A DNA stretch of 64,000 nucleotides from Patellaria atrata CBS 101060. Taxonomy: Eukaryota. Location of the stretch: positions 874,623 through 938,622 of the forward strand of contig MU006092.1 of NCBI GenBank assembly GCA_010093705.1. The letters are read 5' to 3'. Under the pieces are notes generated by a model. The model was not told the origin of the DNA. It saw nothing but the letters and a program-made list of their open reading frames with translations, and did no database searches. Both the position numbers and the translations under genes were made by a program. Each line of letters starts with the position of its first letter. Position 1 is the first letter of the stretch. This document shows, piece by piece, positions 25,491 through 38,052 of the stretch.

Positions 25491-26906
25491 TTATCTTACG
25501 GACGAGTTCCTTGGCGGAATCAAGATTTGTTCCTCACTTTCGGATACCACGAAATATGGCTTTGGAGGGGTTTCGGGCGTTGTTTCCTCATCAACATCTG
25601 GTAATATTGGAGAGGGTCTAGTCCGGCCTCCACGTACATCATGCTTCGTTCCTCCATCACTCAGCTCGTAGCTACCACTTTTTTGTCCCGTTGCACCCCC
25701 AGATGTCAAGGCTGATGGGAACATACGATTCATAAGTGGGCGGAGTGGAGGTATTGAAACGCATATGATACCAATGCTACATTCAATGACTGTCAAGTCA
25801 AGAGAAGGGACAACGATGTCTGTGCGAGGAGAATTGGTCAGCTATCACCGAATACTACGGAGGGACAAAAGATACGAACATGTGATATCTACTTTCTTTT
25901 GTATCTCGGCAATACGAGCTATCCGGATAGCACAAACAACAGAGGCACTTCAAGACGGTTAGTTTGATTATGGAAAACTCTGAATGGGCACGTACGCTGT
26001 TCCTCCTCCGAATAGGACACATAGGATGATCTTTTGCCTCGTAGGCAGCTTCAGGCGTAACAAATGAGGTAAAGGTAAGAGACACACCGCCAAGTCGGTA
26101 ATGATATTGATTCCTGAGAATGCATATAGGTAACTGGTGAAGTTTAAGCATTTACCAGGAATCGAGAAATTCCATGCCGCCGCGACTGGTTTGCATTGGA
26201 AGATCGTTACGAATACGCCGGTGAACCAGAGGCCAGCAGTTACCACCTCACAAGCGTACATCGAAATGCGGAATGTTTTGTCGGGGATCAGACGTAATGA
26301 TGAAAGGATGACTGAGATCTTGGTGGCAGTGACTGCGCACGTATAGAAAACTTGCGCAACGAACATAAGCTAAAGCACTATATCAGCATCCTCGACTACT
26401 ACACATGCCAACGAAGTCCAAGAGAAGGATGATGGGAGATTGTGCCAATGGACTAACCTGAATAACGGACTTGATGTCGTCGTACAATTTGGGCAGGTGT
26501 AAAAGCCATACATGCATACCGAGGCCATGTCGTGTGGCTAAGAAAGGTCAACGCCTCGATCTTTTATATTTTGAGTATGTACTCACCCACGATACATGTT
26601 GATGCTAAAGCGATGGTGAAGATCGCAGCGATGATAATCAAGACTGCAAGTACAATTATCAATTTCGGTTTAGCTCGTGCACAAAATAGAACTCTTACTG
26701 TCATCTATGAATATCCTTCGTAAGAAGTAGGATCGCACGAAAATCCGCAAACTGACAACAAGACCGACAAGAGTGATCAGCGCTATATTCACTTGAAGAA
26801 CTTCCGGTTTTCGCGTGCTCGTGTCCGAAAAGTCGAAATCGCTGAGGTTGATGCCCTCAACGCCAGCCGGGGTAAAAGCCGTGCTGTAGTTCATCATGAA
26901 GTCCAT
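25491..26906 (-). CDS. PTH11-like (fungal rhodopsin-domain) membrane receptor without CFEM domain; multi-exon, 3' end uncertain
   Basis: VVSLRIFVR...IFIDD; HGLGMH.W; ATKISVILSSLRL; TIFQCKPVAAAWN...GKC; NIITDLAVCLLPLP.LLRLKLPTRQKIILCVLFGGG; IECSIGIICVSIPPLRPL. Confidence 0.85.
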
Positions 26907-28452
26907 GGCTGCCGGGGGATTTACAGAATTCGGCTTGAACTGTCCATCATTCCAAGATCACTTTCAAACGGGGCCCGGAAGGGTTAAAAACGTTCAAGGG
27001 GTAGGAAGACAACATGATCGCTTAAGCCTGAAAGCGTGCCGGAAGTTCGGGACTTGAAAGAGGTCTTCACACATCCAGAACCTCTAGTATCAACCGGTCG
27101 CTTTGGGCTTAAGGGTGGCCTCATTCCGGGCAATAAGGCTGAGAGGGAACATGGTACATGCCATAATGGTGGTATAACAGGTGAACACAGACCACTGGGA
27201 GACCAAGTTGTCTTCGGCAATCGACGACTGCCGATCCTTTGCGATCTTTCATAGGTCCTGGTCTCAGATCATCTCTATTCAGGGATTGTTAGAGTACGAG
27301 TTCCTGCAGATGCTGTGACATGTCAACCATGCACTCCAGCTATGAAAGTGAAAATGAAAATCCTACTTTAGGCACTTACCTTACAGTACTCCACTGTGTC
27401 GGCAATGATGATAAGAATTTGTTCCTGAAGTGTGAAGAACTGACGACTACTGCCGCAGGGGCAAGAGTGGGACTTACCGGTAGAGTACGTGAATCGTGGA
27501 CTATGAACTCACCTCAGCGTTATGGAACTATTGGAAGTTTCTCCACATTTGTCCCATTTATTATGATTGGTTGATGCGTTGATAGTGTCGAATCAAACCT
27601 TTAGATAAAAGCCCAGAATTGATACCGGATCGAAGCGGATCGACGTCTGAAAGTCGTCGATTTGGACCTGTCTCACCATGAATTTAGCCACCAGTAATCA
27701 AGTACGCTAATAATCACGGTCGACAATAGTAATAGTCGAGCACTTATGTTCTCGCATGGGTATTCGGGAATATACAGAAAAAGGTACTCACTTTTCCATA
27801 TAAAAATCCGCGAGTTACTCTTCCACGTGCAATCTTCACTAGTCAGACGAAAGGGATATCTATGGTTCGCCAATTTATTCGGGCGAAGCGGAACGAGAAC
27901 ACGTTTATTCCCAGCCTCCTAGAGTCGTAGACATAAAAGACACTAGCAAGCAAAAAGTATTTTATATGCTTCGGAACTTCCAACCAGTAGAAATACAGCG
28001 GGGGCATACGGAGAGCCGGACCATACAGTCACGCCAAAATGCACGATTACAATACCTTCTACGTTATTGCGCCCCTTTGTATTTGAGAGTCGGATGTACC
28101 CTTCGGAGTGAGCGTACTGGTGAGGAGATTCAACCGGTCAAGCTCTCTGTACGGCTGCGGATCCCTTGCATTCTTTCAGCTTTCCTGAACACAAAAGTTC
28201 GGGAAGGGAGTGTACAGAGAGCGACTCTCAACGATTACAAATGATTCGTCACTCTTATATTTCCGATGCAGCGAAGTCAGAGATAGTTTGAAGAAAGAAT
28301 GCTGGCGCTCCTATACGAGTAACCCAAATCTTGTCCTATGGAAGCTGAAAGGTACCGGTGTATGATGAACATTGAAAATCTAACTTGTTGATCAAGCCCA
28401 CTGATCACGATACTTTCGTATCAAACGATTAAAATACTCCTAGGTATGAAAG

Positions 28453-28455
<3 letters not shown>

Positions 28456-28496
<41 letters not shown>

Positions 28497-28596
28497 NNNN
28501 NNNNNNNNNNNNNNNNNNNNNNNNNNNNNNNNNNNNNNNNNNNNNNNNNNNNNNNNNNNNNNNNNNNNNNNNNNNNNNNNNNNNNNNNNNNNNNNN

Positions 28597-28627
<31 letters not shown>

Positions 28628-28642
28628 AAGAGAGAGAGAGAA

Positions 28643-28680
<38 letters not shown>
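28456..28680. repeat. (GA)n microsatellite interrupted by an assembly gap
   Basis: GA repeats on both sides of the N run. Confidence 0.97.
28497..28596. other. Assembly gap (100 N; likely a placeholder of unknown true size)
   Basis: Run of N bases. Confidence 0.98.
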
Positions 28681-29706
28681 GAAAGAGGAATCAATCCGAA
28701 TGAAGCATTAGAGAATTGAACAATAAGAATCCATTGAAAGGGATTACACTTTAGTGAATAGGTATAAGAGATCTTAGAGCTTGAACCTTTAGCTTCGAAA
28801 ACTGTTGAGCATACAGCCTTAGGGTGGTGATTGAAACAAACCATAATTTGGAAGAGTGATATCTCGACTTTGTAATTCAATGACATCAAGCGGTGGACGC
28901 GGGTGAGGATTGATATCCTAGACTAAACGTGCAGTCCAGTCCCGGTCAGATACTTATACAGTACAAGCACCTGGTTCCTGGGTACCTGATGAACTTTCAC
29001 GTGAAGTTTGATGCATTCGTCCAGTACATGCAAGGTCTCCAATAAGACTGAAAGGCTTGCAATTGTCCACTTGAGAGTGGGTCCAGGGTGATTGAGCAAC
29101 GATAATGCGAGTCTCTATCGAATATATCAACCAAGATAGCTCATTCCGAATCATCTGGGCTTGGAAGCTGTGGGGAGCCGGGATCGAGCGACGATGGACC
29201 TCGAGAAGCACATCTTGTCCCACTGTAACACCCAAGGTAGTTGATCCAGGAGCTGGCCACGACTCCCATCAGGTCAGAATGTAGTGAGAGATGCAGGCAG
29301 AGGGTAACAAAGTACAGGTTCTGTATTCCGTTCTGTATGCCGTTGCCCGCGATGCTTTCCGAGGTTAATGTGAGCCGGTTTGTTCGTCCTTTACCCCGCA
29401 ATTTGAAGAGTACAGAAGTTATCAAAGTACAAGTACGTAGAATCAAGCTCAGATACAAATGATCATAAAGTGTACGGTCAGTGAAAAGTTGAGGGAGAGA
29501 AAAGATCAAACACACGTCCAAAACGTGGCTTGGACATTCTCCAGCCCACAAATCCACAATCGGTCAATTGGACAAGATGAGCAAATATGCACCTTCACCG
29601 CTGCAAGCCTTCCTTCTCTTTCTCGTTTGCTGGGGAAGAAACGGTTGTGAAGCTTGGGCTTGCTTGTACATCCTTGGGAACCTCAACCACTTTTTAGCCC
29701 TTCGGT

Positions 29707-29742
29707 GTACAGATAGGTACAGATAGGTACAGATAGGTACAG
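29707..29742. repeat. 10-bp tandem repeat (GTACAGATAG) x3.6
   Basis: Visible directly. Confidence 0.9.
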
Positions 29743-30042
29743 TACCTTACAGCGCGTCACCAACTCTGTTGGGGATACCTACAATTAGCAATTATGCGTA
29801 CAAGTACATGTGATGTACAAAGCACTGTGCAATTGAAACACGATTACCCACCAGGGGTAAAGCTCATAAACCTTCCTGATGCCCACACACGCTTGACCTC
29901 GGGCTTCATCGTTTCCCTTGGATACTACACTATTTCCACCCGACCTCCCTTCCACCTCATAACACCGTAGACACAATCCTGAACCGATCTCAAAACACTC
30001 AATCAATCCGCTCTCCTCATCAATCTCCAAACACCACCCAAA

Positions 30043-30801
30043 ATGGCATCCCGACCCTCCCTCCACGCCCTCCGCAAGCTCTCCACCTCCCTCCCAACCC
30101 GGTCCCTCTCCATGACAAGCTCAACAACCTTCCCCTCCCCCCTCCTGACCACCGAGCATCCCATCAACCTTCGCGACACCTCAAAACGACCTCCCCCGTC
30201 CCCCCTCCCCACCCGCGACTTCAACACCACCCGCGCCCTCAAAACCCCTAACGACACCTCCCCGATCGACTTCACCTACATCCCCTCCCTGGACCCCTCG
30301 CCGCCATCCTCCTTCCTGGGACGCGTGCCGTTGCTCCACACCGCCGCCCCAAACATTACGAACGGGTATGCCGCTACGACCGAGGACGCAGTCGAGGTAA
30401 GCTCCCCTTCCCTTCCCTTCCCTTCCCTCCCCTCCCCCCCCCGAAAAAAAAAAAAAAAAAGAAAAAAAAAAACCCCACGTAGAATCGAACGCTACATATT
30501 TCTAAATCTAACCTTCCCCCTCCCCTCCTTTCAGGTGATGCGCCCAACCATCTCCACGACATCGTCCCCCTCGACCCACTTCTCCGCGCCCTCCGCCATG
30601 CACGAGGTCCACGACAACGGCGCCGCGGAGATCGATTTCCAGGGTCTGGCCGAGCGCATCACGCAGCGGCTCGTGGGGGAAACGGGCGTCGGTGGCGTGG
30701 GAACGGGTGAGGGGGAAGTGGGGGAGGCGAGCGTGGTGAGGCGGGTGTGGAATGACATGTTGGATGATGTGTTTGGGGAGAAGAATGGGGGGAGAGGTTG
30801 A
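30043..30801 (+). CDS. Uncharacterised small protein, putatively mitochondrial; intron 30397-30534
   Basis: Arg/Ser-rich presequence-like N-terminus; RDFNTTRALK...DTSPIDFTYIP; GTAAGC donor, CTAAC branch, TTTCAG acceptor; SAMHEVHDN; RVWNDMLDDVFG. Confidence 0.75.
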   Translation: MASRPSLHALRKLSTSLPTRSLSMTSSTTFPSPLLTTEHPINLRDTSKRPPPSPLPTRDFNTTRALKTPNDTSPIDFTYIPSLDPSPPSSFLGRVPLLHTAAPNITNGYAATTEDAVEVSSPSLPFPSLPSPPRKKKKKRKKKTPRRIERYIFLNLTFPLPSFQVMRPTISTTSSPSTHFSAPSAMHEVHDNGAAEIDFQGLAERITQRLVGETGVGGVGTGEGEVGEASVVRRVWNDMLDDVFGEKNGGRG

Positions 30802-30839
30802 ACGGAGCCGAATCGAGGGGTATGGGCATGGTTTTTTTT

Positions 30840-30870
<31 letters not shown>

Positions 30871-32710
30871 AGTGGGGAGGTTGGTTTCTTATTTGTTGTT
30901 TTGGTGTGGATTTGTTGCGTAAGAGTCACGATGATTGATTCCGCATATTTTATACTTTTTTTACGGGGAAACTTGTTCTGGAGCTCAGGAAACATGGTGT
31001 TTATGAGGATTATGAAAAAGAGTAGCTTATTTGTAATATCAACTTTTCTTCGGATGGTTCCACGCTTCGACTTCGATCAGACATCTTCTCGTATATCGTG
31101 AAGTACTGTGAAGGTATCTCGTTGTCAATCGATAGCTAACCTTTCTACGATCAAAGTTACTCATCTCCCACCTCACGCTGCTGGTTCAACCTATCTCGGA
31201 CTATATTGCACGGAGAACCGGTTTACAAACGAGCAACTCCCACTTATACGTAGGAGTTAACAACCACATGGACCGCAGGGATATCTTAATTCTCTGCAAG
31301 CAGCACCCACCTAGCATATATCTACTAAGCTGTACAGCGGGCTGGGAATTCTAATCGTTGTAGAGGAGGAGGTACCATTGTGAAAAGTTGAATACCCTCG
31401 GACTTACCATTTCTGATGCCTCATTCCGTCTCTCTTCCTCTATCCTTCACCTATCTCCCCTTACAACGCACCGACACCTCCTTCTATATCATTCTGTAAG
31501 TAGCGCTCCATGGTGAGGATACAGGACAGATAGTGAAGATATAGTCAAGGCATTGGTCGAACTTCTATCCAGGATCTGATTGATGAAACGAAAAAGATTC
31601 ATGAACGGATTATGCACTTAAGTGATAGCTGGGTGTGACTGCAGAGAGGTGAACATGGAAAGGATGAGACCAGAGTCCGAACATGCAAATGTCAGCAACT
31701 CTAACAGAAAATGAGTAATCGGTGCGTGGTGATAGTTAGATTAGACCGAGTTAGCGTTGAGTAGGGTGCTTTATATTTCAGTGGAGCATCTATGTCTTGG
31801 GATCGGGCCAAAGGAAGGTTAGGTCATGTAGGAGTTTCAACATGTTCGAGTGGTATGCGAGCTAAGGGGGACATAGAACATATAGCCATGCATACGGCCA
31901 ATATCACAGTCACAAGCGCAAAGTACGATATCAGCTAGATTCAGTTGTGCAGGAGAAAACAGAGCATACGCCTATCGAAACTATTACACCCCAGAATGCG
32001 CAAGATGATATCGCACACACAAGCGGCCAAGTAAATCGTCGAATCGCAAACATCCAGATAGAGAGAGCAAGGAAAGGAACCAAGGGAGATTAAGCAAGGA
32101 ACCAAGGGATCGAGGGAAGCCAAGCCAGAAGTGAACTGGTCACAATGTGCAAGATAGGGGGGTTTAGACGTGCAAACAGAGTTACGAGCTCGCATAAATG
32201 ATCTCAAAAAGCTACAGCGAGATCGCGAAAGAGACAGTGTCGGTAAGTGAGAGAGAAGAAGGGCAACTATAGGAGATTTCGAATGGGTAGGGGCTTCCCC
32301 TTCCCGTATGGCCTCTTGTCCCTCGCGAGATCAGTCTGCGCCACCCATTATCCTTTGTCGCACAGAAAAGTTTCAACATTTATCGTGCCGTTGCTGTGTC
32401 TGATATATTGAACAGTCCGCTGAACGCCCTCGTCATGTAGTATTTGCCGTGAGATACCAAGTAAAGCGCTCTAGCATGCAGAGACAAGACAGGAAAAGGG
32501 ATGTAAGAACCGAGAAGAGCAGCTTCCAGAAGAATCCTTCCCTTCTTAAATGAGTATCTATTACTGCATCCGAGAACGATCAACCAAGAGTAAAGAGGAC
32601 ACCGGGGATATAAGGCTCATCGAAGACTAGCGGACCCCTATGCCTCTAACAGATTGTCCGGAAAACTTGATAGTCCTGATGAAAGATGGTGTCCTGAACG
32701 AAGGGATCCT

Positions 32711-33653
32711 CTACAGAATCAAGCATTTCTTCTCTTTCTTCTTCCTGGTCAACAGAGCTGCCCTCGTGGCGTGCTCAAACACCTCACGTACGCCCTCGTT
32801 TGTCTTGGCGGAGCACTCGAGGTATCGCTGAGCACCGATCTTCTTACGGACGTCCTCAGCCTGTAGGTAAGATTTATTAGCACACAAACAGACATCATGA
32901 AGGGATACTGTTTGGACATAATCGTACCTGCTCTGGGGTGACTGGCTTCTGCGATGTCTTGTGTAGTTCCTCGATTGTCTTCTGGTCGTAGCGCAAATCC
33001 TTCTTGCATCCAACCAGAATGATGGGAAGACCTTGGCAGAAATGAAGAACCTCGGAGATCCACTACAATCAAGACCACAAATTAGCCATGCTAGTACTTG
33101 ACTAAGACAAGTACATGTAGCTTGGATATACGGAGGATTATACCTTCTCTTGTACGTTATCAAGTGAATCTGGTGAGTCAATAGCGAAGCAGATCAGAAT
33201 AACGTGCGAGTCGGGGTAAGATAGAGGTCTGAGACGATCGTAATCTTCCTGACCAGCGGTATCCCATAAGGCAAGTTCAACATGTTTACCGTCGACTTCG
33301 ACGTCGGCAACGTAGTTCTCGAACACAGTTGGGACATAGACCTATGCATTGCAGAGTCAGTATCCGTGAAACTGTTGTTATGGGTTCATTTAAGTGGCTA
33401 GAGTATTTCAAGTGAAGCTGACGCAAGTTGGGTTCAGGGTAAGGTGGAAGGCTTAAAGGGGGTACAACCTCAGGGAATGTGCCCTTGGAGAAAACACTGC
33501 GGAAGAGATTGTTGTCAGTATGTGTTTCCAGTGTCAAGCAAGCTGAAAAACGTCAGGCAGCTTCGTTCGTTAGAGAGTAACTCACATGAGTAGACAGGTC
33601 TTTCCGCAGGCGCCGTCACCGACGATGACAAGCTTGCGACGGATCTCCGCCAT
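32711..33653 (-). CDS. RHO1: Rho1 small GTPase; 5 exons
   Basis: [42 protein letters not shown]...[19 protein letters not shown]...ECSAK; polybasic tail and CAAX box CLIL. Confidence 0.97.
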
Positions 33654-35529
33654 CTTGGATACTGCAAGAGATATGAGTAAAGGTTATGGAGATCGGTTTA
33701 GAGAAGGAGAGTTGTTAATGGGGAGAGTTAAGAGGTGGTTGTGAGTTGTTGATGTTGAGGCACGACAAGAAGTGAGGTGGAGGTTAAAGAAGACGAGGAC
33801 GAAAGTGAGCTAGGGAGGAGGATCACAGACGTTTTGGAGGTGCGGCTGTGTTTGTTTAAGGCCTACGAAAACTGGTGGTGGTCCCGGCTTTCTATGAGGC
33901 GTCGGCAGGCTGGAAAGTACCTCTTACCTTGACTGGAGTGAATACTGTGAAGTTGGGATACTAGAGTGTCAAGTCTCTGTGAGAATATAAAATTGACAGA
34001 CTCTATGTAGATTTGATGAAGTGTGCGTGCTGTGGTGAGGCCGATGCTAGAGCAGATGTTTACCACAGTACTGCAGTGAACTGCACAGTTCACAGGTAGG
34101 TAGGCAGCAGGCAGGGTAGGCACGGCAGGCAGAGAGGCAGCTTTTCGGTGGGTGGAGACAGTGAACTCTCTTGCCTTTCCTAGGTCTTTCCTTTCCTGGG
34201 CGTGGAGGTCTTGGAAGTTCTTGCCTATCTTTCAACTTTCCTGGATACACACCGAAACTACCTTAGTCATACAATCACTTTTATGAAGCTGTAGTTCTAT
34301 CTCAATTCCATCTGGACATATGAAGAACTTCGGATTGTCTTTAACGATTACTTTATTAGCGAACTCACTCTTACCTAAGCGGTCAGGGAAATTGTTCTTC
34401 TCTATAAAACTATACCGACAACAAATTCACAAGACTTACTCGTGCTTATTTTGTACCACGTACGGCTACTTGTAGAGACCCAAGTCTCGATGGCGAAAAT
34501 GATTGCCAACAATTCACTTTATGTACTTGCATGGACCAATCAAATCCTCCAAAATAACTGGAATAATAACTTGTATTTGTGCTTAAATCTCCAACTGTCG
34601 ACGGTACCGAGCTTATCTGTCTCCCTTTTGCCGTGCTGATGATCGGGATCTGTTCTTTCAACCTTACCGTACCTCTCCAGTTCTCTGTCTAGATCTAGAT
34701 ACCACTATCGTACGTAGGAGAACTCGTAGCCTCATATCAGAGCTGCATGAACATGACGGAAAACCTGACACTCAATCTGAGACGAATCTGAGCTGTGTTA
34801 ACAAGGCTGAGACAGTTTTTGTACTGTAATCGTGTTTGAGCTCTTGCCCACGTCAACAACGAATTCTCTACCTCCCATCATCCACATGCTAGAACAAACA
34901 GATAGTACAATACAATGTCTTATCGAAAATCGCACGCTGTGTCTAACCCTGTTCTGAGATTGGTCAATATCCGGCGTATAGGGGAGGTCCAGTTGCGGAG
35001 AGATATATTACCCGGCCAGAATATTCATTGAGTAGACGGTTCGTGCATAGGAATAGAGAAGATAATGTCTTATTTTCGATTGAAGCTTTACTCAACTTAT
35101 TTTTAATACTCCAAGATTGTGTATATCTACATCTGCTACACCCAAGGCCGGTTTCTTGCTAGAAGTCATATCCAAATGGTATCCGCCCACCCTACTATGT
35201 ATGCAATTATGTCAAAGAGGAACGCCGTAACCATCCAGCTTGGTAGCTAGCGACACCAATGCTACCCAGCCTTATCGAGGCTGAAGGGAAGGGTATATAA
35301 GTCCTTCCAAAAGCATCCATGAAAGAGGTACTCCATCCAGATGCCGCTAACCTTATGAACCCCAAATACCCGCGCGCTGCAGCCCAGAAACAGAAACCAA
35401 TTTGGTGTGCATGAAAGGGTATGGAAGTAAGTCGAAAATAGAAACAAAGAAAGGTGTAAACGGAGGGTGTATTTCCATTGCCAGAACCAAGTGCTGATAT
35501 AGAGAAGCCTTGGCAGACTTTATAGAGAA

Positions 35530-38052
35530 CTACATCAACAGTTCTGAAATCTGCATAGAACGTTGCGGAGTCGAGTGTTCGACAACTGGATCAAATGGAA
35601 AGAGTTTATCGAAGACAGCTAAGGCTGCCTCATTTCCAGGTTGATAGAGGACCTTCCGTAACTCAGACACGCTAGGGAGAAGGAAGAGATTCTCAGTCCA
35701 GTCTGCTTCTCTATGATCCCAGTTGCTACGGATAGTGGCGTAGTGATTGATCAGATCAACGCGACTATGAGGCGTATTGCCAAAATGCTTCCCTGACTTA
35801 TCGATGCTGGCACAAGCGCTGCAGCAAAGTCCGTCAAATAGTTCGTGATCCTGAATGCTGATTAGCTCTCTAGGGAGTTTTTCACACTCGGCAAATTCAG
35901 GACTGGCGGTACGATCGTTCGGATGATATTTACGAAATCTATCGAGAGAATAGTCGAATGCGATCCTCGTTTTGTACTCCGAATTGATCTGGACTTCGCG
36001 AAGTAAGTTCGAGGCGACCTTGATATGGCCAATGAAATCCATAGGAGGGGCTTGTCCTTCAAGGTTGGTTGCTACTGATCGGCCCTCGAATGCGGAAAGG
36101 TCAGAGAAAACGTCGACAGAAGGCGGCTCGTACGATAAATAAGGGGAGTCATCGTTAGGATCCCAGTGCCCAGTGGCTATGTGATGCTCAGCAAGTATAG
36201 GTAGTTTGCGAGTCCATGGTACTGCGATCCAGGCAAAGTAGTAACAATCCATTCTCGTCCCACCTTTGCGAAACATCTGAAAGTCGCCTACTTCAGCAGC
36301 GTGTTTTTCTCTAATGTGTAAGAACAAGTCCTTGAAATGGAACCGCTTCTGGACGTCATTTCTGGTACATCCAGGGCACTTGAAGGTCTTGACAACTTTC
36401 GTGCGGCTGCTTTTTCGCTTGCAAAGGGTAGGTAAAATCTTATATTCGAATATCATGCAAGCATCATGCATTGTGGGAGCATACTTTCCGTCTGGATGAA
36501 TAGACCTTGGGAGAGGGGAAGGAGGCCGTTGACTGTCGGGAAGAGCAGCATACATTGACCAGACCATGTTCAACGTGCGAATAGCAAAATCCTGATCGAT
36601 AATAATCTTCAATTCTTTTCCTTCCTCGATTTCCAGTTGCTTGATAGCTTCTGAAGCCAACTCAAGTAAGAGCCGTTGTTCCGGACTTGCAATGGGGGAG
36701 TTCCTCTCGGCTTGAAGATTGGAATACAGCTCCCACTTGTTGAATTCCATCGACGATTTTTCCGATTCCACAACCTCCTCAGCTGCCGCCCTACTCTTTT
36801 CCAATTTGTCTTTCAGAATCTTCCATGATCTTTCTGTAGGAACCTTGAGGATCTTGATGGCTTTCTGGTATGCCGGAATAAGCTTCAATGCCTCTTTCGA
36901 AAGGGGTGGGTTCATAGCCGATGCCTTCGCTTGATAGTACTCTTGTCTTTGAGTCTTTAGGTCTTTATTTTTTGACTTTTTGACAGCATCTTGCGATTTC
37001 TCCCATTTCTCGATTGCCTTGATCTCGATAAGTCTACCTTGAACATGAGATGTCTTTTCCGCTAACCACTTGGCAACTGCAGCAATCATCTCCTCGTCAG
37101 TAGAATATTCCTTCCTTACAGCTTCCCTCATATTCATATACTCCTCGTTGATCTTTTGAACATCAGTCTGTCGAAAGACCGTAAACCGCATGTGATTGTT
37201 CCGTGGTATCTGCGCAATTTCGCTTCCCGCACACTCATAGCTTCCCCAAGAATCGACGGTCGCGCTCATAATGCATGAACCAAGGCGAGGATCGCTGAAC
37301 AGTTGAGTTCCGGGGAAGGACTACATAGAGTTAGGTCAACGGCTAGAACAGAATAAAAACTCCCATGGCAGTCATACTTTTGCTATTTGTTTCTTGAAGC
37401 ATGGTTCACACCAACGTCTCAAGAATGCCCAATATGCCTTCCGAATTGTTTGATTTTTACAACTGTGGCAACCTTGTCCACTTAAGAGGTCGAGATACTG
37501 AAACTCCTTCATGCCCGTCGGAGGGGGAGGAATACCCTCTCCAAATTTGTGATTCCGGCAATGCTCCCATGTCTTGCTATATGTATCGAGCATGGAGCAG
37601 AAACTTTTGCTCACAAGTCTCATCTGTGGTAACAGCTTGGGCTCGCAAAATGAAAAGATGACAATCCACACATCATCCGGGATGTGCTGAATCACCTTTC
37701 TACCCTTTCGTAATTTTGGTGCCTTTATTCTTTCTTTCTTGCGCTTCGGTTGTAAGGATTCATCATCACTGGCGTCGGAAATTCGTTTACGAGTGATGGT
37801 CAGCGGGCAAGGCTGAGCGCGGGGAGGAAGTTGGGAGTCTACCCTGAAGGCTAAGGTGCCATATATGGGTTTCTGTGGCATTATGGTGATCAACGGAGCG
37901 AAACGAGTGTAGTAGGAGTCTGAGAGTTGTCCATATGCTGGATATATGGCTAGAGCCTCAGCTGAAGTATGCCATGGACGGTTAAATTGAGGGTTGAGGA
38001 GGTTGAGAAGGGAAGAGATTGGGGGGAGTGTTTGTCTCGACTGATCAGCCAT
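35530..38052 (-). CDS. F-box domain protein with Cys/His putative Zn-binding motifs; intron 37377-37321
   Basis: F-box-like IPDDVWIVIFSFCEPKLLPQMRLVSKSF; GCHSC...RKAYWAFLRRWCEPC; FKCPGC...LFLHIREKH; splicing joins ORFs 37372..38217 and 35530..37269. Confidence 0.75.

Noticed and set aside
28440..28889. RE/LS-repeat ORFs
   Set aside because: Translation of the GA microsatellite and N gap
33342..33468. RHO1 intron with atypical GTTGTA donor considered as a stwintron
   Set aside because: Removing the putative internal intron leaves only ~33 nt with a poor donor; an ordinary intron is simpler
19256..33653. Mid2-like sensor and RHO1 as a cell-wall-integrity cluster
   Set aside because: About 12 kb and several unrelated genes apart, with an assembly gap between them
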